In this document: in pieces, positions 10,226 through 19,287 of the stretch
Numbering within the stretch: the first letter of the stretch is position 1
Layout of the letters: every line of letters begins with the position of its first letter
DNA from: Candidatus Caldarchaeum sp.
GTDB taxonomy: Archaea; Thermoproteota; Nitrososphaeria_A; Caldarchaeales; Caldarchaeaceae
DNA length: 64,000 nucleotides
Assembly (NCBI GenBank): GCA_038896555.1
Contig: JAWACZ010000002.1
Span: forward strand, 13,873 to 77,872
Direction of reading: 5' to 3'
Translations under genes and position numbers: made by a program
Notes under the pieces: generated by a model
What the model was told of the DNA's origin: nothing
The model's database searches: none
The model's input: the letters and a program-made list of their open reading frames with translations, nothing else

Positions 10226-10596
10226 CAGCCGCCCGCATTCCAATAATTGTGCAGGTTGAGGGCCTCGAACCAGTTGAAGGCGAGCTTCACAGGTTTTCAG
10301 CACCCTTGACTGTTGCCGAGATTGTTAAGCGAATGCCTTTGGAGGGGTTTGTGGCACGTTGGGATAAAGCGGTCTACATAGTAACAGACATGCAGCGAGG
10401 TGCTGAAAAATCAACACCCAAGCTCTCCGCTGGAGACATATTCTACTGGCCCCCGGAAGGAGTCGTCGGCGTATCGCTTAGAGAACATGTGCCTAGGGCT
10501 CAAACATTGAAGATCGGCTCTGTAGGCGCTGGCTACGTTGTGTTGGAGAAAGCTAGGGTCGGGTCTCGGATGCGGTTTGTTTTGAAGACTTCTTAG
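10222..10596 (+). CDS. Cyclophilin-like fold (TM1367-like) protein, unknown function
   Basis: 124 aa. The pattern 'APLTVAEIVKRMPLEG...RWDKAVYI...GDIFYWPPEGVVGV' resembles the cyclophilin-like family. From memory only. Confidence 0.45.
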   Translation: MTAARIPIIVQVEGLEPVEGELHRFSAPLTVAEIVKRMPLEGFVARWDKAVYIVTDMQRGAEKSTPKLSAGDIFYWPPEGVVGVSLREHVPRAQTLKIGSVGAGYVVLEKARVGSRMRFVLKTS

Positions 10597-10933
10597 CCTT
10601 CTTCGGCTTAGCTCCGGCTTCCACCACCCTCGGCGACGCAGCTGCGGCCAGCACTTTCACCAACGGCTCATAAACCCGTATCCTGTTGACGCCCACTACC
10701 TCGCGCAAAAGACCTTTGGAGACGAGGTCGCGTAAAATCGATTTGGCTACGGAAACCCTGGTTTTAAACCTCTCCGCAAAAAGAGAAGGTGTAACAACCT
10801 TCACACCCTTGAGGAAATCGGCCACCTCGTCCAACGAGGGAGTGGATACGCCTAAAACCCCTTTTTGAGCCGTCTCCTCCTTCTTCTCAGGTGCCTTCTT
10901 CTTTTCAGGTTTCTTTTTCTTCTCCTCGCTCAC
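10553..10933 (-). CDS. rps25e: 30S ribosomal protein S25e
   Basis: Lys-rich N-terminus, then 'VTPSLFAERFKTRVSVAKSILRDLVSKGLL', typical of the S25e winged helix. Confidence 0.75.
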   Translation of the reverse strand: MSEEKKKKPEKKKAPEKKEETAQKGVLGVSTPSLDEVADFLKGVKVVTPSLFAERFKTRVSVAKSILRDLVSKGLLREVVGVNRIRVYEPLVKVLAAAASPRVVEAGAKPKKAKKSSKQTASETRP

Positions 10934-11003
10934 GGGCTTTCCTTAACTGTCTTTATCTATTAAGGCTTAAAACCTGTCTGCCGTAAACCTATTCCGGGAA
11001 GCC

Positions 11004-11786
11004 GTGCTGTCGAGGCCGAGCGTCAAATACTTAGGACATGTTGCTCTGATGCGTATCCCTCTGGGGTTCAAGGGCAGCGTGGAGGAAGTAGCTCAGAAAC
11101 TCCTCAGAGAGTACAGCAGGGTAAAAACCGTGGTTTTGATTGAGAGGGTAGAAGGGGTTCACAGGGTTCCTAGAACAAGGGTTTTGGCGGGATTGCCTGT
11201 GACGGAGACACTCCACCGTGAAAACGGCATCGTCTACAAGCTCGACGTCCAAAAGCTGATGTTTTCTCTAGGCAATAGCTTTGAGAGAAGAAGGATGAGA
11301 AGCCTGCCTCGGCGAGGAGAGGTTATCGTAGACATGTTCGCCGGAGTCGGCCAGTTCACCGTACCCCTGGCCAAGTCTCAGGCCGAAAAGGTTTACGCAT
11401 TCGAGATAAACCCCGAAGCATACAGATACCTCGTTGAAAACCTCAAGCTCAACAAAGTGGAGCACAGGGTGACGGCTTTCCTGGACGACTGCAGGAACGC
11501 TCCATCCTATGGGTTAGAGGCTTCAGCCAACAGGGTTATAATGGGATATTTTCCCGGCACTTTGGACTATCTTCCGACGGCTTTAAAGATTGTTAAGGTT
11601 GAGGGCGGCTACATACATTTCCACGAGCTGGCTAAACCAGTGGACGGATGGAAGGACCTTTACGAACGCTGTAGAGCGATAGCAGACAGGCAAGGTTTTA
11701 AGCTGGAGCTGGAAGGCAAACGGGGTGTCAAATCCTATTCCCCAAAGCTGTGGCACTGGGTCTTAGACCTAAGAACCAGCTTGTAA
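11004..11786 (+). CDS. trm5: tRNA (guanine37-N1)-methyltransferase, Trm5/Taw22 (Met-10+) family
   Basis: 'VDMFAGVGQFTVPLAK' SAM motif and 'NRVIMGYFP' (NPPY-like region). About 260 aa archaeal Trm5 size. Confidence 0.75.
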   Translation: MLSRPSVKYLGHVALMRIPLGFKGSVEEVAQKLLREYSRVKTVVLIERVEGVHRVPRTRVLAGLPVTETLHRENGIVYKLDVQKLMFSLGNSFERRRMRSLPRRGEVIVDMFAGVGQFTVPLAKSQAEKVYAFEINPEAYRYLVENLKLNKVEHRVTAFLDDCRNAPSYGLEASANRVIMGYFPGTLDYLPTALKIVKVEGGYIHFHELAKPVDGWKDLYERCRAIADRQGFKLELEGKRGVKSYSPKLWHWVLDLRTSL

Positions 11787-12185
11787 CCGTTCTTTCAGCC
11801 ACTTGGCCACTTGTGAAAGAGTTTGGCTGCGGGAGACGTTGATAACCATCGCCTCAGGGCCTTTTTCTGCGCTCAACATAGGGGTATAAGCGGTCATCGG
11901 GGCGAATGAGACGCTCATCCAGTAAATCCGGCCGTTCATAAGCTCCTCAACAACTTTCGTGTTGTTAGCAGCAAAGGGTGTCGGGAAAAAGACAACGCCT
12001 TCCGCCCAGTATAGAACCGCGGGCTGGCCTGGCGGAAGCAACAGGTTTCTGATAAGCTCCTCAGCGGTCGAGTACTTGACATACTCCATTATGACTATGG
12101 TTTTGACGGGGCTGTATACTATTTCGACCACGTCTAATAGAAAGGAGAAAATCCTTTTAAGTGTTTGTTCAGATATTAAACCCAT
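11769..12185 (-). CDS. Hypothetical protein
   Basis: 138-aa ORF filling the gap between convergent and divergent neighbours. No motif recognised. Confidence 0.45.
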   Translation of the reverse strand: MGLISEQTLKRIFSFLLDVVEIVYSPVKTIVIMEYVKYSTAEELIRNLLLPPGQPAVLYWAEGVVFFPTPFAANNTKVVEELMNGRIYWMSVSFAPMTAYTPMLSAEKGPEAMVINVSRSQTLSQVAKWLKERLQAGS

Positions 12186-13890
12186 GAATGGTTTAGAGTT
12201 TGTGCTCAGCAGACCTTGGACAAGGTTTTACGATAAATCGGTTAACCCAAACATAACGGCTCCTCGCATATCGCTGCCAGATTTTTTTGACCAAGCTTGC
12301 GACCAGTACAGCGAAAAAGTTGCATGTGTTTTCCTAGACACGTCCTTCACCTTCTCGGCTCTGAAACAGTACGTTACCAGGTTTGCGACGGCCTTGTCCA
12401 AGCTTGGGGTTGGTAAAGGTAGCAACGTAGTCATCCTTCTGCCCAACAGCGTGCAGTTTATCGTTGCTTACTACGGTACCTTGAAAACAGGTGGAACCGT
12501 CGTTCCAATAAACCCGTTAAGCACAGCGAGCGAGATTGCTCAGCTCTGCAGCCTTTCCTCAGCGTCAGCGATAGTATGTCTGGACATTTTCGTAGACAGC
12601 GTAATAGAAGCCTTGCCGAAAACCAATCTCAAACACGTTATTGTAACCAACGTAGCCGACCATCTTCCAAGCCTCAAAAAAACGTTGGGCAAGCTGCTGA
12701 AGAAAATACCTTCTAAAAAACTTCCACCGCATCCCTCCATAAAATTTTATTTAGACATGCTCAAAACTTCCGAGGAAAAGCTGGTAGTAGAGATCGACCC
12801 TGAGAAAGATTTGGCGTCTCTGCAGTTTACCGGCGGTACCACAGGCTTTCCGAAAGGTGTTATGCTTACGCACGCAAACATTCTGTCAAACATTTTCCAG
12901 ATGTACGAGATGATAAAGCCTTATGTCGTGGAGGCTAGGGAGGTATTCGCAGCCCTACTTCCGTTCTACCATATCTACGGCCAAACAGTTCTCATCGGCA
13001 CCGGTCTCACGAAGGGGAATAAGCTTATCATCTTCCCGAGGCTTGAGCTTGAAAAATTCATGAAAGACTTGAGCAGATACGCTGTCACCGTTTTCCCAGG
13101 CGTGCCCACGCTGTTCAACGTTATGTCGAAGCATAAGCTGGCGGAGGAAGTGAAGTATCCAGGCTTGAAGCTGGTTATCTCAGGGGCTGACATGCTCCCC
13201 TCAGAAGTTGCTGATGAGTTTGAAAGAAAGTTCGGCAAGAAGATTGTCGAAGGCTACGGTCTGACCGAGGCGTCGCCCGTGACGCATGTCAACCCGCCTG
13301 ACAGAACGAAGAAAGGCTCTTTCGGCATACCGATACCCTCAACTTTAGCAGCCATAGTAGACCCCCAGACGAGGGAGTTTCTCCTTCCAGGACAGGTCGG
13401 CGAAATCGCCGTCTCAGGGCCGCAGGTTATGCAGGGATACCTAAGCATGCAGGAACCTCATGTCTTCATAATGGAGGCTGGCAGAAGATGGCTGTTGACT
13501 GGAGACCTAGGCCGCGTCGACGAAGAAGGCTACTTCTACTTTGTGGAGAGGGTGAAGGACGTCATAAAGCATAAAGGCTTTACTGTTTTTCCAGCGGAGA
13601 TTGAAAAGGTTTTGTACGAAACCGACGCAGTAAAAGAGGCCTGCGTAGTCGGTGTTCCAGACCCTGTGGTCGGTGAGAAGATCGTGGCGGCTGTTGTCCT
13701 CAAACCTGACAGGAAAAAATCTGAAGAGGTGGAGAGACTGATGGAGCTTTGCAGCAAGAAGCTTGCGGAATACAAAAGACCCTCTGAGTTTGTTTTTGTC
13801 GATGAGCTGCCGAAAACCCTCGTGGGAAAAATGTTGAGAAGGCGTGTAAGGGAAATAGTGTTGGAAAAGGCCCAGCAACGGCAAGCTTAA
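12184..13890 (+). CDS. Long-chain acyl-CoA synthetase / AMP-dependent ligase
   Basis: AMP-binding signature 'LQFTGGTTGFPKGV', plus 'GYGLTE' and 'TGDLGRVDEEGYFYFVERVKD'. I chose the ATG at 12184; the ORF-track start at 11959 would run antisense through the neighbouring gene. Confidence 0.85.
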   Translation: MNGLEFVLSRPWTRFYDKSVNPNITAPRISLPDFFDQACDQYSEKVACVFLDTSFTFSALKQYVTRFATALSKLGVGKGSNVVILLPNSVQFIVAYYGTLKTGGTVVPINPLSTASEIAQLCSLSSASAIVCLDIFVDSVIEALPKTNLKHVIVTNVADHLPSLKKTLGKLLKKIPSKKLPPHPSIKFYLDMLKTSEEKLVVEIDPEKDLASLQFTGGTTGFPKGVMLTHANILSNIFQMYEMIKPYVVEAREVFAALLPFYHIYGQTVLIGTGLTKGNKLIIFPRLELEKFMKDLSRYAVTVFPGVPTLFNVMSKHKLAEEVKYPGLKLVISGADMLPSEVADEFERKFGKKIVEGYGLTEASPVTHVNPPDRTKKGSFGIPIPSTLAAIVDPQTREFLLPGQVGEIAVSGPQVMQGYLSMQEPHVFIMEAGRRWLLTGDLGRVDEEGYFYFVERVKDVIKHKGFTVFPAEIEKVLYETDAVKEACVVGVPDPVVGEKIVAAVVLKPDRKKSEEVERLMELCSKKLAEYKRPSEFVFVDELPKTLVGKMLRRRVREIVLEKAQQRQA

Positions 13891-13932
13891 ACTTTTACAT
13901 CTATTTATAGCTGCGACATTTTAACACGCTTC

Positions 13933-15069
13933 ATGAGCATCGTGGGGGTTTACAAAGGGCTCGACAACATCCCCATCAAGCAGACAATACTCTCAAACAT
14001 AGACGGAGAGCGGGGAAAACTCTACTACCTAGGTTACCCTATAGAAGAGCTTGCGGAACACTCCACTTACGAGGAGGTGTGTTTCCTGCTTTTACACCGC
14101 AGGCTGCCGACGGAGAAAGAGCTGGAAGATTTTTCCAGAAAACTGCGTGAGGAAAGAAACCTGCCCGTAGCTGTCTTTAATATTGTTAAAGAGCTTCCTC
14201 GCGACGCTCCGATGATAAGCGTTGTGAGAGCATCTTTAGACATACTATCACTATATGATAATGACGCTGAAAGGGCTGGTGTTGATGCATGGATGAATGT
14301 CGCCGTGAGAATAATATCTAAGATAGCAACTTTGGTCGCCGCCGTCTACAGGCTGAAGAAAGGCTTCGAACCCGTTGACCCAGACCCCAGCCTACCGCAT
14401 GCCGCAAACTTTCTCTACATGGCTACTGGACGGCGGCCAAACAGTTTTGAATCAAAGGTTATAGACGTGGCGTTCATCTTACATGCTGAGCATGAGCTTC
14501 CAGCCTCGTCGACCGCAGCCTTAGTAGTTGCGTCAACGCTGTCAGACCTTTACTCAGCTATCACTGCTGGGATAGGGGCTTTAAAGGGCCCTTTGCACGG
14601 GGGTGCGAATGAACGCGCTCTCGAAATGCTTATGTCAATAGAGTCTCCCGAGAAAGCTGAGAAATATGTCCTTGAACAGCTAGCTGCTACGAAAAAGATA
14701 ATGGGTTTTGGACACAGGGTTTACAAGACTTTCGACCCGCGGGCCGTTATCTTCAAGAAATACCTTGAACGACTGTCCGACATTAGAAAAGACCGCACGC
14801 TTCTCAACATAGCTAACAAGCTGGAGGAGGTTATGGTGCGTGAACTGGGCATTAAATCGGTCTTCCCAAACATCGACCTCTACTCGGGGCCTGTCTTCCA
14901 TCTGCTAGGGCTTGAGAAGGAAATATTCACACCGATGTTTGCGGCCGCTAGGGCTGTGGGCTGGATAGCCCACGTGCTGGAATATTGGGAGGATAACCGT
15001 TTGATAAGGCCGAGAGCTGTTTATGTAGGCCCGTCTCCTAGAAAATATGTGCCGCTAGATGAAAGGTGA
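13933..15069 (+). CDS. gltA: Citrate synthase
   Basis: 'GFGHRVYKTFDPRA', 'ILHAEHELPAS' and 'GPLHGGANE' catalytic motifs. Confidence 0.9.
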   Translation: MSIVGVYKGLDNIPIKQTILSNIDGERGKLYYLGYPIEELAEHSTYEEVCFLLLHRRLPTEKELEDFSRKLREERNLPVAVFNIVKELPRDAPMISVVRASLDILSLYDNDAERAGVDAWMNVAVRIISKIATLVAAVYRLKKGFEPVDPDPSLPHAANFLYMATGRRPNSFESKVIDVAFILHAEHELPASSTAALVVASTLSDLYSAITAGIGALKGPLHGGANERALEMLMSIESPEKAEKYVLEQLAATKKIMGFGHRVYKTFDPRAVIFKKYLERLSDIRKDRTLLNIANKLEEVMVRELGIKSVFPNIDLYSGPVFHLLGLEKEIFTPMFAAARAVGWIAHVLEYWEDNRLIRPRAVYVGPSPRKYVPLDER

Positions 15070-15772
15070 CTGCAGGCCGTTATTCGGCCTCGATGTTCGA
15101 CGCGCCCGTTTCAGCAGGAGGCTCAGCAGGTTTTCTGGACAGGCTCAACGAGACGGCGGTACGCTGGTCCTTCACATAACCAACACTGGCAGGCTTACGG
15201 ACTTGCTCGTCGCAGGTGCTGAAATATTGTACATACCCAAAAAGTCTCATAAAACAGCTGGTACGCTGGTCGGGGTTGTGGTGGGAGAACACGCAGCCCT
15301 CATCGACACAAGGCTTCAATCTAAAGTATTCGAGACCGCTTTCAACAAGGGCTTCATAGAATGGCTAAAAGGTTGGAAAATGGTTGGAAGGGAGGTTGCC
15401 GTCGGGAAAACCAGGCTAGACTATGTTTTTGCAGACGAGAGAGGGGAAAAAGCTTTCGTCGAGCTTAAATCCGCTGTCTACCTGAGGATGGACGGGGCGG
15501 CCATGTACCCTGACACAGTCTCTATTAGGGGGAGACGCCACATACAAATGCTTGCGTCCCTCTGCAAACAAAACCCTTCGATAATTGTTTTTATAGCTGC
15601 ACACCCGCTTGCGAAGTTTTTCACCCCCTGCGACGAGGGAGACCCAAAAATCAGGAAGCTTCTCCTAAAGGCAGCTGAGGCTGGTGTCGAAGTACACGCC
15701 GTGAAAACATACATGGACGTATTTGGCACTGTCTACTGGTGTTCGTCAAACCTCCCAGTCTTTCTAACGTAA
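15059..15772 (+). CDS. sfsA: SfsA family nuclease / sugar fermentation stimulation protein homologue
   Basis: 'RLSRF...LVLHITNTGRLTDLL' N-terminal OB part and 'RLDYVF...VELKS' PD-(D/E)XK part. Confidence 0.75.
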   Translation: MKGDCRPLFGLDVRRARFSRRLSRFSGQAQRDGGTLVLHITNTGRLTDLLVAGAEILYIPKKSHKTAGTLVGVVVGEHAALIDTRLQSKVFETAFNKGFIEWLKGWKMVGREVAVGKTRLDYVFADERGEKAFVELKSAVYLRMDGAAMYPDTVSIRGRRHIQMLASLCKQNPSIIVFIAAHPLAKFFTPCDEGDPKIRKLLLKAAEAGVEVHAVKTYMDVFGTVYWCSSNLPVFLT

Positions 15773-16600
15773 TGATAAGAGTAGGGCTGAAAAGACGGCG
15801 GCAAGCCATGGGCTCGATACTTTGAAAGACCTCCAGGCATAAGCAATGGAAGAGAGCTGAATTGTTTTAAAATTCTCGTACAAAAGCCAGGCGGAAGCCG
15901 GAGCCGTTATAGCCAGATATGCTGCCGGGTCTTGAACGTATGCGGCGAGGGCTGCTGCTGCAGCTACAGCCGCCAAGTTCGACACCAAAACAGCTGCACC
16001 CGAGGCCTTCACACCATGCTTGACGGGCAGCATGGGAATCCCTGCAGCCTGATAGTCTTTGGCAGCCCTGATGGCTAGAGCCCAGAAATGACCAGGCGTC
16101 CATAGAAATACGACCAAGGCCATGAGTATCGGAACGAGTGTTATCTCTCTTCCGGAAGCCGCCCATCCAGCCAGAGGGGAGCAGCTTCCCGCAGCACCGC
16201 CTATCACGATGTTCAAAATAGACCGGCGCTTAAGCCAAACCGTGTAAACAAAGATGTAAATGAAGGCGCCGAGCATGATGAACCCTAATGTCAAATAGTT
16301 CAGGAAAACCGCCGAGTAGACAGCCGACAACGCTAAAAGCCCGCAGCCGAAAGCCAACGCATACTTTGGCTTGACACGGCCTGACGGGATAGGTCTCTTC
16401 GCAGTCCTAGCCATTTTGGCGTCAACATCCTTGTCGAGGAAGTGGTTAACCACGCTAGCACCGCCGACAGATAGATAGCCAGCCACAGCTAGATGTAGAA
16501 GGTTGGCGGGATGCCAGCCGGCGAGTATATGAGCTGTTGCAGCCGTAAGAATGTTGAGTAGAGTTATCTTAGGCTTGGTCATCCTGACGTAGTCCTTCAT
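15764..16600 (-). CDS. ctaB: Protoheme IX farnesyltransferase (heme O synthase), UbiA family
   Basis: 'YVRMTKPKITLLNI' N-terminus, 'NHFLDKDVDAKMARTAKRPIPSG' UbiA Asp-rich motif, polytopic. Confidence 0.85.
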   Translation of the reverse strand: MKDYVRMTKPKITLLNILTAATAHILAGWHPANLLHLAVAGYLSVGGASVVNHFLDKDVDAKMARTAKRPIPSGRVKPKYALAFGCGLLALSAVYSAVFLNYLTLGFIMLGAFIYIFVYTVWLKRRSILNIVIGGAAGSCSPLAGWAASGREITLVPILMALVVFLWTPGHFWALAIRAAKDYQAAGIPMLPVKHGVKASGAAVLVSNLAAVAAAAALAAYVQDPAAYLAITAPASAWLLYENFKTIQLSSIAYAWRSFKVSSPWLAAVFSALLLSLR

Positions 16601-16632
16601 TTTTTCAGTCGAAGACGACTCAAGACGTTAAT

Positions 16633-17496
16633 TTAAAAGTTCTGTGAGATAAAAAGGCTGACGTATGACAGGGCTATCGTAACGGCTACAGACTTTTCCC
16701 AGCTGACACCCTTCGCGCTCACCAAGACAGCTGATATCGCTGCTAGCTGCCACACGTGACTGAATATGTACACCAAAGTGGTAGCCGATGCTACTGTAGG
16801 GTTGGATAGCAGGCCGAAACCTGAAAGAACTGTAAAGTATGTCAATAGGATGTTCGAGGGGGTTAGCGCGATGGGCAGCGTTGCAAGTATTACCGACTCT
16901 CCTCCAAACCGCATGCTGGCAGCAAGACCGGCCAAAGTTAAAAGCGTGAACAGAAGCAGAATGTTTCCCGCCGACATCAACAAAGCCAGCTCTGGGGAAG
17001 GCATTTGCCGAAAATGGAAAATCAGCTGGCTGTTGGAGACACGCCAGGAAAACAGCATGTAGAGGATTGCTGAGAGGGCTGAAACAGGTATCAGAGTCGC
17101 GTTGGAAAGCTGTATTCTGTCAAGCAACGGGTTGAGAGACAGGGCTAGAAGAATTCTCCTCGGCCCCTGCAGTGTTCCTAAGCTCGACTCGGCGAGGAAA
17201 TCGGATATTTTCATCGACTCGACCAAGCGAAACCCTTTATCACTCAGCATGTACTTTCTTTTCGAGGTTTTGACCACGTATGGATGCATAAACTCCAGGT
17301 GGTAGTAGAGGGTTCCCACGCTAATCCCTAGAATCTTTTTAAGCTCGGTGGCGGCCATGGCGCCGTTTTCCTTCAAAAGGGATATTATCTGTCTCCTTAC
17401 CGGGTTCTTCAGCAGAGTATAAAACAGTAGTTTTTCATCCTTCTGTTCTAATGCATTAGACACGCTAACTAAATCCGAACCTTTTTCAGCCGCCAT
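16633..17496 (-). CDS. ArsR-type winged-helix regulator fused to a multi-pass membrane domain
   Basis: 'NPVRRQIISLLKENGAMAATELKKILGISVGTLYYHLEFM' HTH, followed by about five hydrophobic helices. Confidence 0.65.
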   Translation of the reverse strand: MAAEKGSDLVSVSNALEQKDEKLLFYTLLKNPVRRQIISLLKENGAMAATELKKILGISVGTLYYHLEFMHPYVVKTSKRKYMLSDKGFRLVESMKISDFLAESSLGTLQGPRRILLALSLNPLLDRIQLSNATLIPVSALSAILYMLFSWRVSNSQLIFHFRQMPSPELALLMSAGNILLLFTLLTLAGLAASMRFGGESVILATLPIALTPSNILLTYFTVLSGFGLLSNPTVASATTLVYIFSHVWQLAAISAVLVSAKGVSWEKSVAVTIALSYVSLFISQNF

Positions 17497-17585
17497 GTTT
17501 ACCCTCTAACTTCGAACTCGGGGGGTATAAACTGTTTTGTTCTAATTAGTTAGATTATAATTCCAATAAATAGGGGCTATGGACT

Positions 17586-18869
17586 GTGGACCTAGGTTTG
17601 GCAAGAGTTGCGTTAGCTACTTTGCTGGCCGTGATGGTGCTGGCTTTGCCGGCATTCACTCTGGCCGATCCAGCTTTCTCCCTCGGCATACAGGGGAACG
17701 AAGATATCCGCAACGCTCACACCGTTCTGACAAAACTCAAGGAAGCGGGGTTCAAGGTTGAAGTCTTCGAAAACATCCTTACGCAGGCAGAGACACGTCT
17801 AAAAGATCCTGCAACCCCATCCACCGTTCTTGCGGAGATGCAGACAACAGTGAGCAGGGTTTCCCGCCAGCTCCAAAAGGTCTGGAGGTTCTACGAAAAA
17901 GACCCGGACAAAGCTAGTAAAGCTCTGTCCGTTTTGAGCGATGTTTACCTGCTTAAGAGCATGGCTCAGGGAGTTGCGTCGGCCTTGGTTGACGCAGCAG
18001 AACAACTGTTCGAGCATGCCTCTGACGACGTCAGTTCATCATCCATGCTCAGCAAAGCCGAAACACTTCTGGAGGGTGTCAAAACCGTTCTAGCCGGCAA
18101 ACCGCTGAACATAAAAGTCAAGAGAACCGGTGAGGCCGAAGGGGAAGAGACAGAAGTTAGCATAGCGTCGATTTCAACCTCAAGGGAAGTTGTTAAAGTA
18201 TATTTTACGGAGGAGCGGCTGCGCTATCCGAACCACACCGTCGTAGTCTCTAAAAACGCCTTCATAAACCTAGGTAACACGTTGATAATACAGCGGGAGA
18301 CCGTGAAAAGCGTTGGGCCGGCTAACGAGGAAAAAGAGATACATCTAGGTGAAAACACCGCAATAGGAGCGGTGATCTCTCTCAGCAGAACGTCAAACAA
18401 GCTTCAGCTAGACAAAACAGAGTACGACGTGGTCGTCCAAAGCTATGCCTTTGAGCAAAACCTCGTCCGTCTCGTTCTTTCTTCAACCAGAGAAAACGCT
18501 GGAAAGCTGGTGATAATAGACGTGGACAAAAGCTTCATGAGAAACTACCTGCCCCGCGACATCACGGTCAGGGTGGACGGCTCTCCAGCGGTGCTTGCGC
18601 AAACCGTCACAGAAGTTCTTTCAGGCAGTTCAAACGAGCCCAAATACTTTTTAGCCATAACCGGCAGCGGAATCCAGATAGTACTCTACATACCACACTG
18701 GTCTACGAAGGTCGTCATAATAGGGTCCTCGGCCTCACTCTCCTTCCAGATCTCCATCCCCAACGTCATCGGGGAGAATATGGAGTGGTGGGCGACAACC
18801 ATCGCAGCTGTAAGTCTTGTTTCAGCGGTTGCTATTGGAAAGCTGCTGGGAAGAAGGCTGGGCTGGTGA
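17586..18869 (+). CDS. Secreted / C-terminally membrane-anchored protein, unknown function
   Basis: N-terminal signal-like helix 'LATLLAVMVLALPAFTLA' and C-terminal helix 'WWATTIAAVSLVSAVAIGKLLGRR'. No catalytic motif. Confidence 0.55.
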   Translation: MDLGLARVALATLLAVMVLALPAFTLADPAFSLGIQGNEDIRNAHTVLTKLKEAGFKVEVFENILTQAETRLKDPATPSTVLAEMQTTVSRVSRQLQKVWRFYEKDPDKASKALSVLSDVYLLKSMAQGVASALVDAAEQLFEHASDDVSSSSMLSKAETLLEGVKTVLAGKPLNIKVKRTGEAEGEETEVSIASISTSREVVKVYFTEERLRYPNHTVVVSKNAFINLGNTLIIQRETVKSVGPANEEKEIHLGENTAIGAVISLSRTSNKLQLDKTEYDVVVQSYAFEQNLVRLVLSSTRENAGKLVIIDVDKSFMRNYLPRDITVRVDGSPAVLAQTVTEVLSGSSNEPKYFLAITGSGIQIVLYIPHWSTKVVIIGSSASLSFQISIPNVIGENMEWWATTIAAVSLVSAVAIGKLLGRRLGW

Positions 18870-19287
18870 GCCTCCTACTCTTGAGATAATAAAGTATCAG
18901 TCTTTCAGTGTATTGTTCGAGCGGAAGCTCTAACGCTTTCCTCGGCATAACCCATGCGTAGGCAACGACCTCTTGCCCGTCCACCCTCACCTTTTTCGAA
19001 AAAGCTTTACATAAAACATCCACGAAGATGAAATGCCTGTTTTTATCGTAGAACTGCGTTGGGTGGCAAACTTCTTGGAAAGCAATCACTTTCACTGGTT
19101 TTACTTCAACCCCCACCTCCTCTCTCGCCTCTCTGACGACGGCTTCAAAAACTCTCTCGCCGTGACGGACGTGCCCGCCCGGTATAGAGTAAAGATAACC
19201 CCATTTAGGGCTTACAACAAGCAGAACTCTGCCATCATGAGCTACGATAAACGCCCCAACCGTCAGCTCGGGGATCTTCGTTCTCAA
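18832..19287 (-). CDS. NUDIX hydrolase
   Basis: Nudix box 'GGHVRHGERVFEAVVREAREEVGVEV'. 4-nt overlap with the valS stop. Confidence 0.85.
   Translation of the reverse strand: MRTKIPELTVGAFIVAHDGRVLLVVSPKWGYLYSIPGGHVRHGERVFEAVVREAREEVGVEVKPVKVIAFQEVCHPTQFYDKNRHFIFVDVLCKAFSKKVRVDGQEVVAYAWVMPRKALELPLEQYTERLILYYLKSRRLTSPAFFPAAFQ

Noticed and set aside
11959-12183. The upstream extension of the acyl-CoA synthetase ORF given in the ORF track (start at 11959).
   Set aside because: The extension runs antisense through the 11769-12185 ORF and adds a non-conserved, low-complexity N-terminus. The ATG at 12184 gives the usual N-terminus for AMP-dependent ligases.
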